From Candidatus Gottesmanbacteria bacterium (GTDB lineage Bacteria; Patescibacteriota; Microgenomatia; JAMCYU01): a stretch of 64,000 bases of DNA. The stretch is taken from contig JAZDMI010000021.1 of the NCBI GenBank assembly GCA_043801155.1, positions 194,683 through 258,682 of the forward strand, written 5' to 3'. Of this stretch, positions 26,990 to 38,261 are shown in pieces. The notes under the pieces were generated by a model that made no database searches, was not told the origin of the DNA, and was given only the letters and a program-made list of their open reading frames with translations. Each line of letters opens with the position of its first letter. Within the stretch, counting starts at the first letter, position 1. The position numbers and the translations under genes were made by a program.

Positions 26990-29301
26990 AAGGTTATTTA
27001 CAGAAGTTATGGCCGGTTTTATTTATACTACTTTTGTGGTTGATCTTCGCTTACCCATATTTTTTAGATAATAAAATTCCTTACCCCGCAACATATCAAG
27101 TTAACTTTTTTCCTCCCTGGAATGTTGAAGCGAAATTTTGGGGGCCGGTTAAAAATGGGGCTATGCCGGATTTGGTTACACAAATAATACCCTGGAAAAA
27201 ATTTACTATAGAGACACTTAAAAAAGGACAAATACCACTTTGGAATCCCTATAGCTTTGCTGGTAATCCGCACCTGGCAAATTTTCAATCGGCCGTACTT
27301 TCACCATTCAATATATTATTTTTTGTTTTACCGTTTGTCGATGCTTGGAGTCTTATAGTTATTGCGCAGCCTCTCTTAGCGGCTGTTTTTGTCTATCTAC
27401 TACTGCGAGAACTGGGAGTAAGCAAGATTGGGTCTTTAATTGCTTGTATATCCTTTATGTACTCCGGATTTATGGTTGTTTGGATGGCCTATGGTACATT
27501 ATCAATGGCTTTCTTATTCTTACCGTTAATGTTACTAGCCTTAGAAAAATTTTTAAAAAATCAAAATAGATCTTGGTTAATTATTTTTAGTTTATGTTTG
27601 CCGTTGTCTTTCTTTTCCGGACATTTCCAAACAAGTATGTACATGGTGATCTACTGTTTGATTTATCTTCTTCTGAAGTTAAATTATATTAAAAACTTTA
27701 AAAAATTATTCCCGATAGGTTTGGCGTTATTATTTGGACTTCTTCTGACATTACCTCAAGTATTACCCTCAATTGAACTTTATCAACAATCGATTAGAAA
27801 TGAACTTTTTGTAAAAAGTGGCGGGATACCGTTTTTTTATTTAATAAATATTTTCGCACCCGATTTTTTTGGGAATCCGGTAACCCGTAATGACTGGTTT
27901 GGTTATTACGCTGAATGGGCAAGTTTTATCGGTATTATTCCTTTAGTTCTTGGATTTTTTGCTATTGTTAAAAGGAAAAATAATACCCCGATGGTATTTT
28001 TTATTTCTGGAATTGTTGCCCTAATTTTAGCCATTGATTCACCCCTTCAATCATTTATAGGTAGTCTAAAAATCCCCGTGATATCGACTTCTGATCAAAA
28101 TAGAATTATTGTTCTTTTTAGTTTTTCGTTTAGTGTTCTGGCGGGTTTTGGTCTTGATAGGCTGGTTGAGTTAATTTCTCTTAAAGAAATAAAAAAAATC
28201 TTTATCAGACTAGGTTTAGTTAGTATTATCTTTGGGATTATTTGGATAATATTAATGTTTTCTCAACCAGTGCCTAATGTAAATCTGCAAATTGCTAGAA
28301 ATAATTTTATCCTACCGACATGTTTATTCATTTTCATGATAATACTTATATGTTTGTCTTTAAAAAATAAATCATTGTTATTACTAGTTTGTTTCTGTTT
28401 ATTGTTTGCAACATCATTTGACAGTTGGCGGTTCGCCAAAAAATGGATGCCGTTTGACTCTAGAGATTTGTTTTTTCCTGAAAGTCCAGTTGTAAATTTT
28501 ATCAAGAAAAATATTAATGGGAAAAGAATCTACGGTAATATTGAAGGCCAGGTCGGTAATTACTACAATATTAACTTAATCGAGGGATACGATCCTTTAT
28601 ATATTAAACGCTACGGAGAATTTATTAGAAGCGCTGTCAATGGTGAATTTTTAGAAAGTGAAAGATCAATTGTCCATCTTGACAGGCGAGGCTTATATAC
28701 TAAGCGGGTTCTTGATTTTCTTGCTGTGGACCTAGTTTTTCAACCCCTGGCTGATAAAGGCAAAAATTGGGCTTTTCCGGTATGGGCCGATAAAAATCAT
28801 TTTACGTCGATTTATAACGATGGAAAATTTGAACTTTATCGTAATAATTTAGCGTTACCAAAAGTAAAACTCTTTTATAATTATATAACCATTTCTGATG
28901 ATAAAAAAACACTTAAGTCATTTTATAATGAAAAATTTGATTTTAGAAATACGTTAATTTTTAAGCAAGATATCAATGAAAAAGTTACTAAAGGAGTAGG
29001 TAGCGCTACGATTGTCCAAGAATTACCAAACATGACTAGAATTAAGGTTAAATCTAATACTCCCGGCTTATTATTATTTACTGACAACAATTTCCCAGGA
29101 TGGAATGCAATAGTTGATAGTATTAATACTCCTATATATCCGGCTAATTTTAATTTTAAGGCAATTAAAATCGCTAAAGGAGACCATGATGTTTTATTTA
29201 TATACGAACCATTGAGCTTTCGAATAGGAATAATATTAGCACTCTTCGGAAGTTTAGGATTGGCGTTAACAGTTTTGTTAGCTAAAAAGACAAAAAATTG
29301 A
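26986..29301 (+). CDS. YfhO-family membrane glycosyltransferase (GT-C)
   Basis: LWNPYSFAGNPHLANFQSAVLSPFNILFF; C-terminal NFPGWNAIVDSINTPIY...KGDHDVLFIYEP; 771 aa. Confidence 0.75.
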   Translation: MKGYLQKLWPVLFILLLWLIFAYPYFLDNKIPYPATYQVNFFPPWNVEAKFWGPVKNGAMPDLVTQIIPWKKFTIETLKKGQIPLWNPYSFAGNPHLANFQSAVLSPFNILFFVLPFVDAWSLIVIAQPLLAAVFVYLLLRELGVSKIGSLIACISFMYSGFMVVWMAYGTLSMAFLFLPLMLLALEKFLKNQNRSWLIIFSLCLPLSFFSGHFQTSMYMVIYCLIYLLLKLNYIKNFKKLFPIGLALLFGLLLTLPQVLPSIELYQQSIRNELFVKSGGIPFFYLINIFAPDFFGNPVTRNDWFGYYAEWASFIGIIPLVLGFFAIVKRKNNTPMVFFISGIVALILAIDSPLQSFIGSLKIPVISTSDQNRIIVLFSFSFSVLAGFGLDRLVELISLKEIKKIFIRLGLVSIIFGIIWIILMFSQPVPNVNLQIARNNFILPTCLFIFMIILICLSLKNKSLLLLVCFCLLFATSFDSWRFAKKWMPFDSRDLFFPESPVVNFIKKNINGKRIYGNIEGQVGNYYNINLIEGYDPLYIKRYGEFIRSAVNGEFLESERSIVHLDRRGLYTKRVLDFLAVDLVFQPLADKGKNWAFPVWADKNHFTSIYNDGKFELYRNNLALPKVKLFYNYITISDDKKTLKSFYNEKFDFRNTLIFKQDINEKVTKGVGSATIVQELPNMTRIKVKSNTPGLLLFTDNNFPGWNAIVDSINTPIYPANFNFKAIKIAKGDHDVLFIYEPLSFRIGIILALFGSLGLALTVLLAKKTKN

Positions 29302-29310
29302 TAAAATATT

Positions 29311-30372
29311 ATGGTGAAGATTGGTTTTTACGATCCTTATCTTGATAGTCTCGGTGGGGGAGAGCGTTATATATTAACACTGGCTCAAGATTTAAGTCAG
29401 AATAATCTAGTTGATATTTTTTGGGGTAATCAGGATATAAAGGACGGCGTAAAAAAGATTTTAGGTCTAAACATAGACAAAACGAGATTAGTGGAAAATA
29501 TTTTTACTCGTAAAAAAAATTTACTCGAAAAATTGAGTATAACTAGTAAGTATGACCTGATTTTTTTCCTAAGCGACGGAAGCATTCCCAGCACCCTAGC
29601 TAAAAAGAACATTCTTCATTTCCAAATACCGTTTAATCATCTAAAAACAAATACGATTATTAATAAAATAAAACTTTTTCGATTTAATAAAATCATCTGT
29701 AATTCTCTTTTTACCAAAAAATTTATCGATATTACTTACGGAGTAGATAGTCTAGTCATATATCCTCCAGTTAATACAATAAATTACCCTGAACTTTCGA
29801 AAAAGAATCTAATATTAAACGTTGGTCGATTTACCAGCTATCATGAATGCAAAAAACAACAGGTTATGATTGATATTTTTAAAACAATGGTTGATCAGGG
29901 ATTAAAAAAATGGGATTTCTATTTGGCTGGAGGTCTGTTAGATGCCGATAAACCATATTTTCAAAAATTAAAAGAGCAGATTAACGGTTATCCGATTAAA
30001 CTGTTTCCAAATATTCCTTTAACTGATCTTAGAAGTCTATATAGTCAGGCAAGAATTTATTGGCACGCAAATGGTTTTGGCGAAGATGAGCAGGTGAATC
30101 CGGAACTTTTTGAACATTTTGGTATTTCTGCAGTTGAAGCTATGGCCGCCGGAGCGGTTCCCTTTCTTTATGATGGCGGCGGGCATAAAGAAATCATAAA
30201 TAAAGAATGTGGTTTTCTTTGGCGAAATAAAGAAGAGTTGATTGTTCAGACAAATTCAGTTTTATATGATGACAGTATCCTTCTCAAATATTCGATCGAG
30301 GCTAGAAAAAGAGCTCAAGACTTTTCTTGCGAAACCTTCTTAAGGAGAATGAATGAGACCATTTTTAACTAA
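29311..30372 (+). CDS. GT4 (GT-B fold) glycosyltransferase
   Basis: C-terminal EHFGISAVEAMAAGAVPF (E-x7-E motif of retaining GT4 enzymes); 353 aa, no TM. Confidence 0.65.
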   Translation: MVKIGFYDPYLDSLGGGERYILTLAQDLSQNNLVDIFWGNQDIKDGVKKILGLNIDKTRLVENIFTRKKNLLEKLSITSKYDLIFFLSDGSIPSTLAKKNILHFQIPFNHLKTNTIINKIKLFRFNKIICNSLFTKKFIDITYGVDSLVIYPPVNTINYPELSKKNLILNVGRFTSYHECKKQQVMIDIFKTMVDQGLKKWDFYLAGGLLDADKPYFQKLKEQINGYPIKLFPNIPLTDLRSLYSQARIYWHANGFGEDEQVNPELFEHFGISAVEAMAAGAVPFLYDGGGHKEIINKECGFLWRNKEELIVQTNSVLYDDSILLKYSIEARKRAQDFSCETFLRRMNETIFN

Positions 30373-32671
30373 ATACTGGCCCCTTATCTTTATCTTGCTG
30401 GTTAATATAATTTTTTTTAAATCCTGGTTACTTGATAAAAAACTTCCAATTCCAGCAGACACAATCGTTGGTATGTATCATCCCTGGAGAGATTTTTACC
30501 GCCAAGAATATCCCAATGGAATACCTTTTAAAAATTTTCTTATCACGGATCCGGTTCGGCAACAATATGTTTGGCGAAAACAAGTAATCGAGCTTTTGCA
30601 AGATCGACAATTGCCCTTATGGAATCCTTATAATTTTTCCGGGATGCCGCTTTTAGCCAATTTCCAATCAGCCTCTTTCTACCCATTAAATATATTATTT
30701 TTCTTACTTCCATTTAATTCCGCTTGGAGTTTTTTAGTTTTTCTTCAACCTTTGTTAGCCGGGATTTTCTTGTATCTATATCTTAAGAATTTACACCTTA
30801 ACCAATGGTCAAGTTTATTTGGTAGCATAATATTTTCTTTTGGTGGTTTTTCGATTGCTTGGCTTGAATGGAATACTATCCTGCATGTAGGATTATGGTT
30901 ACCTTTGATCATGCTTTCAATCGATAAAATCATAAATAATTCTAAAAAGATAGAAAAGGAAAAACCGCAATTGCTTTTAAAAAATAGGAATATGGCAAGA
31001 TGGTCTTTTATTTTTGTTTTAAGCTTATGTTCCTCATTTTTTGCCGGCCACCTTCAGGTCTTTTTTTATATCGCTAGCTTTTCTCTCATTTATTTATTAG
31101 CTAAATGGTGGTATTACGGCCACAATCGAAGAATACTATCAATCTTTGTTATCTGCTATTTACTATTTGTTGTCATTACTTCAATTCAGTGGTTACCTAC
31201 ATGGCAATTAATAAATTTTAGCGCTCGAGATTTTAACCAAATGAATTGGCAGCAGGTCGGATGGTTTGTTCCCTGGCAAAATCTTATTCAGTTTATTGCG
31301 CCTGATTTTTTTGGTAATCCGACTACCTTAAATTATTGGGGGGAATGGAATTATGGCGAGTTTATTGGTTATATTGGAATTATACCGCTTATCTTTACGT
31401 TACCAATTCTTATATGGAAAAGAAATAAAAATATTCTCTTTTTTGGTGGTATTTTGATCATTTCATTATCTTTAGTCCTGCCGACCCCTATTGCAAAAAT
31501 TCCCTATTTATTACAAATCCCTTTGTTGTCAACCAGCCAACCAACCCGGCTGTTATTCTTAATTGATTTCTTATTATCTATTTTAGCGGCGTTAGGACTG
31601 GAACAGTTAATTAATGAGATAGATAATCCGAATCAGATAAAGAAGCTCATAAAAACCTGTCTATTGCTGGGATTTTTCTTTGGAGGATTATGGTTATTAA
31701 TTTTATTTGGACAAAAATGGGTAAATATATCTTTAGAAAATATTATGATTGCTAAACGCAATCTGATTCTACCGACAATCTTATTTATCGGCAGCGCGAT
31801 TTTTTTTATATGCTTATTATTTGTTCGTGTTAAACAAAAATACACGACAATAATATGTATCGTGATTTTAATTATTACTGTTTTTGATTTATTCAGATTC
31901 GGATGGAAATTTACTCCATTTACTAAAGAGAATTGGCTTTTTCCGCAAACAAAAATAACACAATTTTTATTGAATCAGACTAAGCCGTACCGCATTATGG
32001 CAATTGATAGCCGTATTTTTCCACCTAATTTTGCATCTTTTTATCAGTTAGAAGACGTATCCGGCTATGATCCTTTATACCTTAAGGCCTATGGTCAATT
32101 AGTCTCATCTTGGAATAGTGGTAAGCCCGATTTTTCACCTGTTTCTTTTAATCGGATTTTAACACCGCAGAATTATGATTCTCGTATAACTGACCTTTTA
32201 AATATCAAGTATATATTAAGCCTTAAAAATGAATCATCAGTAAAATTGAAATTAGTTTACACTGAAGGTGAGACAAGAATATATGAGAATATTAATGCTT
32301 TTCCGCGTGCTTTTTTAACCTTTGACTATATAAACGCTGATAGCGATAATCAGGCGCTGCAAATGCTATTCAATAAGAATATTAATTTGAGAAAAACAGC
32401 CATTATCACTCATGCTCAAGGTATTAAGCTTGATGGCGAAGATAACCAAAGCAAAATACGGATAATTGAATATAAACCGCAAGAAATTACATTTGCTACA
32501 ACAACTGCAAAACCGGCGATATTAGTTTTGTCACAAATTTATTACCCGGGTTGGCAGGTAAAAATAGACGGTATAAAAGATAAATTAGGTCTTTTAAAGG
32601 TTAATTACGCGTTAAGTGGTATATTTATCCCCTCAGGAAACCACCAAATTAATATTTATTCATTGTTATGA
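30353..32671 (+). CDS. YfhO-family membrane glycosyltransferase (GT-C)
   Basis: LPLWNPYNFSGMPLLANFQSASFYPLNILFF; C-terminal YYPGWQVKIDGIKDKL...SGNHQINIY; 772 aa. Confidence 0.75.
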   Translation: MRPFLTKYWPLIFILLVNIIFFKSWLLDKKLPIPADTIVGMYHPWRDFYRQEYPNGIPFKNFLITDPVRQQYVWRKQVIELLQDRQLPLWNPYNFSGMPLLANFQSASFYPLNILFFLLPFNSAWSFLVFLQPLLAGIFLYLYLKNLHLNQWSSLFGSIIFSFGGFSIAWLEWNTILHVGLWLPLIMLSIDKIINNSKKIEKEKPQLLLKNRNMARWSFIFVLSLCSSFFAGHLQVFFYIASFSLIYLLAKWWYYGHNRRILSIFVICYLLFVVITSIQWLPTWQLINFSARDFNQMNWQQVGWFVPWQNLIQFIAPDFFGNPTTLNYWGEWNYGEFIGYIGIIPLIFTLPILIWKRNKNILFFGGILIISLSLVLPTPIAKIPYLLQIPLLSTSQPTRLLFLIDFLLSILAALGLEQLINEIDNPNQIKKLIKTCLLLGFFFGGLWLLILFGQKWVNISLENIMIAKRNLILPTILFIGSAIFFICLLFVRVKQKYTTIICIVILIITVFDLFRFGWKFTPFTKENWLFPQTKITQFLLNQTKPYRIMAIDSRIFPPNFASFYQLEDVSGYDPLYLKAYGQLVSSWNSGKPDFSPVSFNRILTPQNYDSRITDLLNIKYILSLKNESSVKLKLVYTEGETRIYENINAFPRAFLTFDYINADSDNQALQMLFNKNINLRKTAIITHAQGIKLDGEDNQSKIRIIEYKPQEITFATTTAKPAILVLSQIYYPGWQVKIDGIKDKLGLLKVNYALSGIFIPSGNHQINIYSLL

Positions 32672-35142
32672 AGCTCCAGCAAATTTTTGATCCCTTTAGA
32701 AAATTCTTAGTTCCGTCTGTCTTGTTGATAATTATATTTATCTATTTTTATCCTTATATCGTTAACAAACAGCCATTATTATCGGGTAACCTATTAATAT
32801 CTTTTTATAGCCCATGGAAGTATGAGCCTTTTATAGGCTGGGAGCATGGAATACCAAATAAACCTTTAGGGATTGATGGCCTGCGGTTTTTTTACCCGCT
32901 TAAGAAAGAAATCCTAAATCAGCTTAATGAAAATAAAATTCCGTTATGGAATCCTTACAATTTCAGTGGTAATGTTCTTTTGGGGAATTTACAGTCAGCG
33001 GTTCTTTACCCGATAAATCTATTATATTTCTTTACTTCTTTTAACAATGCCTGGTCTTTATCAATTATCTTGGTTCCTTTAATAAGTGGGATTTTTACAT
33101 ACCTACTGCTTAGGTCATATTTATTATCGAAAGCATCATCGTTTTTTGGAGCAATCAGCTTTGCTTTTTGCGGTTTTCTTATTAGCTGGGATCTGGAAAA
33201 CCCTGCCGTTACCCATTCGGCAATCTGGCTACCGGCGGTTATTTATGGTGTTAAAAAATTTGTTGAATCTAAGCGCCTGCTTTTTTGGTATTTAAGTATT
33301 TTTGGAATAATATTTTCGATATTAGCAGGCTTTTTACAATTCTCAATTTATTTATGGCTATACTCACTGTCATTTACAATAGCCGTTTTTCTTAAATTAA
33401 AAAAAACTGAGCAAAAAAGATTACTTACACCCTTATCATTAATTTTCTTATTATCATTAGTAATTACAGCGGTTCAGTTACTGCCCTCTTTAGAAGCATA
33501 TTTTAATTCTACAAGGGAGACGTCATCGGCTGAATATCTATTGCATCAATATCTTTTGCCTATTACCTCTTTAATGACATTGGTTATCCCGGATATTTTT
33601 GGCAACCCCGGCACATATAATTATTATAGCAGCGGTTTTTATTACGACAAGATTATTTATGTTGGTTTATTACCCTTATTATTTTCATTCTATCAATTTT
33701 ACAGTAATCGGAAAGTGGTTAGTTTTTTTCTGATTTGGGTATATATTTGTTTCCTGCTGGGTATAAATAATCCTTTGTCACAGCTTTTTTACCACCTTAA
33801 GATTCCTTTCCTATCAGCTGTATCACCAAGCCGGATTTTTTACCTGTCATCTTTTTCTATTGCGGTAATATCTGCTTTTGGTTTTGAAAGCTGGAAGAAC
33901 GAATTTAATATACGTAAACTGTTTAAAGCTATTGTATCGGTATCTGTTTTATTTGGCATAGGTGGTGTTTTTATTGTTCTTAAAACGTTAACGCAGTTAA
34001 CTGATATACCGATAAATCCAATATCAAAAGATATTTATCTATCGATTTTTCCTGGGGTTTCGTTAGAAAGCAAATATACAATAATTGCTTTAAGAAATTT
34101 CATATTTCCGTTGGCCATTTTTATTATTACCGTTATATCTCTTTTATTAATGAAGAAAATAAAATCTTTAAAGAATATATTTATTCTTTTATTAATTACT
34201 TTATTAATATGGCATCAATATTATTTATTCAAAAAACACTTCTTTTCTACTAATGAAAACTTTATTTTTCCCGAAACTAAAGCAATATCTTTTTTAAAAG
34301 AAAATTCAGGTATAGATCGTATCTTGGGAATTGGTTCAGCGCAGATTAGTCCTAATTTATTATCGGTATATCACCTATTCTCAACGGACGGAATGGATCC
34401 GCTATGTCCAAAAAGATACGGTGAATTAATCTATTATATAAATAACGGCTATTCTAATACCGACATCCCCAGAATTGAAGCAAAAATCGATATTCTGACT
34501 CCCGATGATATTCTCAACCAAAGAAAAATTAAAGCCATTTCTTTTATGGGTATTAAATATTTGCTTGTTCCAACTACCGGACAAGACCAAAAGGCGGAAA
34601 AATATACTTTACCCACAACTAATTTTATTAAAGTATGGGCTCAAGATAATCTGGAAATATGGCAAAATAAACAATATTTCCCCCGGTGCTGGATTGTAAA
34701 TAATATATCAGTCATAAATGACGACAATGCGATTCTTAAGCAGATGTTTGCCGACGATTTTGATTTACGAAATAAAGCTATCCTGGAAGAAGAACCACAA
34801 CTTAGTTTAGGTTATAATAATACTAGACCGAATAATGTCCGAATAATAAGTTACCAAGCCGACCGGATTAGTATCACAACGAAAACAGAAGAAAATGGAA
34901 TTCTTGTTTGTAGCGATAATTATTATCCCGGTTGGCAGGCAAGTATTGATGGGCAACAGACAAAAATCTATCGAGCTAATTATTCTTTCAGGGCGATAAT
35001 CATTCCGGCAGGAGAACATAGAATTTCTTTTATATATAAACCTTTCGTGTTAAAGATTGGATTGATAATATCAATAGCGGGTTTTATAGTATTAATTACA
35101 TATGGTGGGTATTCTAGAATAATTCAAAAAAGAAGAAAATAA
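32668..35142 (+). CDS. YfhO-family membrane glycosyltransferase (GT-C)
   Basis: IPLWNPYNFSGNVLLGNLQSAVLYPINLLYF; C-terminal YYPGWQASIDGQQTKIYRANYSFRAIIIPAGEHRISFIYKP; 824 aa. Confidence 0.75.
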   Translation: MKLQQIFDPFRKFLVPSVLLIIIFIYFYPYIVNKQPLLSGNLLISFYSPWKYEPFIGWEHGIPNKPLGIDGLRFFYPLKKEILNQLNENKIPLWNPYNFSGNVLLGNLQSAVLYPINLLYFFTSFNNAWSLSIILVPLISGIFTYLLLRSYLLSKASSFFGAISFAFCGFLISWDLENPAVTHSAIWLPAVIYGVKKFVESKRLLFWYLSIFGIIFSILAGFLQFSIYLWLYSLSFTIAVFLKLKKTEQKRLLTPLSLIFLLSLVITAVQLLPSLEAYFNSTRETSSAEYLLHQYLLPITSLMTLVIPDIFGNPGTYNYYSSGFYYDKIIYVGLLPLLFSFYQFYSNRKVVSFFLIWVYICFLLGINNPLSQLFYHLKIPFLSAVSPSRIFYLSSFSIAVISAFGFESWKNEFNIRKLFKAIVSVSVLFGIGGVFIVLKTLTQLTDIPINPISKDIYLSIFPGVSLESKYTIIALRNFIFPLAIFIITVISLLLMKKIKSLKNIFILLLITLLIWHQYYLFKKHFFSTNENFIFPETKAISFLKENSGIDRILGIGSAQISPNLLSVYHLFSTDGMDPLCPKRYGELIYYINNGYSNTDIPRIEAKIDILTPDDILNQRKIKAISFMGIKYLLVPTTGQDQKAEKYTLPTTNFIKVWAQDNLEIWQNKQYFPRCWIVNNISVINDDNAILKQMFADDFDLRNKAILEEEPQLSLGYNNTRPNNVRIISYQADRISITTKTEENGILVCSDNYYPGWQASIDGQQTKIYRANYSFRAIIIPAGEHRISFIYKPFVLKIGLIISIAGFIVLITYGGYSRIIQKRRK

Positions 35143-35144
35143 AT

Positions 35145-36062
35145 ATGTTAACCTCAATCATTATTCCCAATTTTAACGGCGGAGAACTGCTTGAAAAAAA
35201 CCTACCAGAGATTCTTAAAACAGGTGTCGATGAAGTAATTATAGTTGACGATGGCTCATCTGATAATAGCCTTGAAAGAATTAAAAAGATAAAACAGGAA
35301 TCCAGTGATAACATATGTAATCTGAAAATTATTGAGAATAATAAAAACTTAGGATTTGCTTCATCTGTTAACCGAGGGGTAGCAGCAGCGATTGGAGATA
35401 TTGTTATACTTCTAAATACTGATATCACTCCTGAAGCAAATTTTATCAAACCTCTGATTGATGATTTCCAGGATCAAAACATTTTCGCGGTTGGCTGTAT
35501 GGATAAAAGTATCGAAGACAATTACACTATTTTACGAGGCCGAGGTGTCGCCAAATGGGAAAGGGGTTTATTGGTTCATGATCGTGGTGAAATTGACAGC
35601 TCTGATACATTTTGGGTATCAGGAGGGAGTGGTGCCTTCCGTAGGCGTATGTGGATTGAACTTGGCGGTATGGATAATATTTATTTTCCCTTTTATTGGG
35701 AGGATATTGATCTTTCCTATAGGGCACTAAAAGCTGGCTATCAAATTTTATTTGATTCCAGAAGCGTTGTTGTCCACCAACATGAAGAGGGAATTATTAA
35801 GAAAAAATATAAACCTTTATATATAAAGACTGTTTCATATCGAAACCAATTCATATTCGTTTGGAAGAATATTACAGATTTTAAAATGCTTTCGTCTAAC
35901 GTTTTTTGGCTACCGTATTATCTAATCAAATCGTTATTAACTTGTGATTTTTCATTTTATATTGGTCTACTATGGTTTTTGCTTAAACTTCCCCAGGTTA
36001 TAACTACTCGCAGAAACGTTAGGAAATTCTTTGTTAAGCTGGATAAAGAAATAATTTTATGA
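35145..36062 (+). CDS. GT2 glycosyltransferase
   Basis: TSIIIPNFNGGELL...IIVDDGSSDNS...GFASSVNRG...LLNTD...WEDIDLSYR motifs. Confidence 0.7.
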   Translation: MLTSIIIPNFNGGELLEKNLPEILKTGVDEVIIVDDGSSDNSLERIKKIKQESSDNICNLKIIENNKNLGFASSVNRGVAAAIGDIVILLNTDITPEANFIKPLIDDFQDQNIFAVGCMDKSIEDNYTILRGRGVAKWERGLLVHDRGEIDSSDTFWVSGGSGAFRRRMWIELGGMDNIYFPFYWEDIDLSYRALKAGYQILFDSRSVVVHQHEEGIIKKKYKPLYIKTVSYRNQFIFVWKNITDFKMLSSNVFWLPYYLIKSLLTCDFSFYIGLLWFLLKLPQVITTRRNVRKFFVKLDKEIIL

Positions 36063-37588
36063 TCATGAGAACATTTTATTCCCTTAAGACATTATATGTT
36101 TTGATTATATTAATTTTTTTTGCTTTTAGCTGGAAATCTTTTCAGTCACACATCTTTAATATTCATTTTGTCGATGAGGATGAAAACATAGTAGCCGGAT
36201 ACTATATGGCTAGGGGTGAAAAATTATATTCTGACATTTTTTCCCACAAGCAGCCTTTACCGGCGATAACGAGTATGGCTCTTCAAAAAACGGTTGACCC
36301 GCCCAACCTGTTTATGTTAATGAAAAGACACCGCGAAATAGTTTTTTTTTATTCAATTATTTGGTCGTTAATATTTATCTGGGTATTTGGGATACCGGGG
36401 TTTATATATAGTATTAGTATCGAAATTATAAAACCATTTCTTCTTGGAAATCTCTTTTTAGGGGAGTCTCTGGCAATTTTCCCGGCAGTATATATCATGG
36501 GATTTTTTTGGAAGCTGTTGCGACGGGAAAAATATATTCATCGACTTGAAAAGACTATATTTATTGCCAGTCTCGGGCTGTTATTGTTTTTACTTTTTAC
36601 ACTGATTCCGTACCTCATTTTGTCCACCATAGTCATTCTCATTTTTTCTAAAAGTAGAAGAAAATATATATTGTCGATTATATCGTTTATCCTATTATTA
36701 TTTATTTGTACTATTCCTTTTGTGAATTACCTAAAATATTTTGCCAATACCGTCCTGGCACTACAGACGCTTTATCTTAAAGATACCGCCGGAGCCGGGC
36801 TATGGACAATTATTACCAATTCCTTTTTTCGACCGATTATTGCCCTGACAAGTGTTGACAACTCTGATTTTGCACGTCTAATTAAAATAATTTCCGCGAC
36901 ATATATCATTAGCTTCATTTATCTTTTTTTAGTGAAGAAACAAGTAAGAAAATTTTTAATAATTTCGTTGATACTTTTAGGAATTTCCAGTACCAGGTTA
37001 ATCGTTCCGACAACTGCTCTCTATGATGGCTTTCATGGCCTGCCCTGGCTTGCCTTGATATTATTTTTATCGATACTGTATTTATGGGAAATTTGGCAGA
37101 CGAAGTTGATTATGAAATTCTTGGTAATTATATTAATGGGATATATCGGATTATCCGGTAGATTCATGGTTACGGACTATTATCAAAAAGTGGATCGTGA
37201 AAGAGATTTTTATATAAATTTTTCTCCTTATCGGGATTTTGGGGAAATAATAAAACAACGGGCAAAACCAACAGATACTCTTATAGTTTTACCTATTAAT
37301 CAATTGATTTATTGGCAAAGCGGACTTCGACATGCCACTAGATTTTTATATGGTTATGAATGGTTGTTCGTTAATCCATCAATTAGACAGGAAATTAAGA
37401 ATAGTATTAATAAAGAATCTCCAGTATTTATTTATTATGATCGAGCGATCATGGGTAAAGATGCTTGGAGTATTTTTGATAAGTATGTAGATAGTTATAC
37501 CAGGTATAAACAAGGAGATACACAAACACCTCTTTTTATTCGTAAAGACAGATTTAACAATATAATATCCGACACCAAGAATGAGTAA
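36059..37588 (+). CDS. Polytopic membrane protein, unknown function
   Basis: 509 aa, about 10 hydrophobic helices plus a C-terminal soluble domain; ATGA-coupled to the GT2 upstream. Confidence 0.4.
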   Translation: MIMRTFYSLKTLYVLIILIFFAFSWKSFQSHIFNIHFVDEDENIVAGYYMARGEKLYSDIFSHKQPLPAITSMALQKTVDPPNLFMLMKRHREIVFFYSIIWSLIFIWVFGIPGFIYSISIEIIKPFLLGNLFLGESLAIFPAVYIMGFFWKLLRREKYIHRLEKTIFIASLGLLLFLLFTLIPYLILSTIVILIFSKSRRKYILSIISFILLLFICTIPFVNYLKYFANTVLALQTLYLKDTAGAGLWTIITNSFFRPIIALTSVDNSDFARLIKIISATYIISFIYLFLVKKQVRKFLIISLILLGISSTRLIVPTTALYDGFHGLPWLALILFLSILYLWEIWQTKLIMKFLVIILMGYIGLSGRFMVTDYYQKVDRERDFYINFSPYRDFGEIIKQRAKPTDTLIVLPINQLIYWQSGLRHATRFLYGYEWLFVNPSIRQEIKNSINKESPVFIYYDRAIMGKDAWSIFDKYVDSYTRYKQGDTQTPLFIRKDRFNNIISDTKNE

Positions 37589-38261
37589 TAGAAATAAGAT
37601 AATAATTTTTGTAATCTGCTTTTTAATTTTAACTTTAGCTATTATCGGGAATAATTCCTTAAAAAGAAAATTTCTCCTAACGGATAATCACGGTATAGTT
37701 TACTTTGATTCTGTAGTTAAAAAACCATTAGCAAAAATAAAACAAAATCAAATCGTTCCCGAAAATGATTTAAAAAGTTATATACAACTAACAAATAAAA
37801 GCTTCCCCTTTACATTTTATTATCCGAAAACATTGCTTCGAGAAGATTCTGATCTTAATGTCAATTTAAAAATTAGTGGTTTTGAAGAATATTTTACTTT
37901 ACCCCCGATATTAGCCGCCGAAGCTTATTCGTATCCTGGCAAATTAGGGAATCCGGAAAAAACTGAAAATAATTGGACAACATTGTTACGGGTGATTTCG
38001 TGTATAGGTGATTCAAAAAATATTGAATTATGGCTGGACGATTTTTACGATAAAGATTCAATTAAAAACATTATTACGGTTAACGGAAATCAGTTTATTC
38101 AATATGAAAAACTATTTGGTCAAAAATTAAACAAGATATTAATAGCAAACAGGAATGGTTATATAGCCATGATTATGCTTTCGTCCAACAATAGTAAAGA
38201 TTTCCTCGAGGGAGAGAAGATGTTAAATATAATAATTAATACTTTTAAATGGATAAAATGA
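37581..38261 (+). CDS. Small N-terminally anchored or secreted protein, unknown function
   Basis: 226 aa; single N-terminal hydrophobic segment (IIIFVICFLILTLAIIGNN), then a hydrophilic domain. Confidence 0.4.
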   Translation: MSNRNKIIIFVICFLILTLAIIGNNSLKRKFLLTDNHGIVYFDSVVKKPLAKIKQNQIVPENDLKSYIQLTNKSFPFTFYYPKTLLREDSDLNVNLKISGFEEYFTLPPILAAEAYSYPGKLGNPEKTENNWTTLLRVISCIGDSKNIELWLDDFYDKDSIKNIITVNGNQFIQYEKLFGQKLNKILIANRNGYIAMIMLSSNNSKDFLEGEKMLNIIINTFKWIK

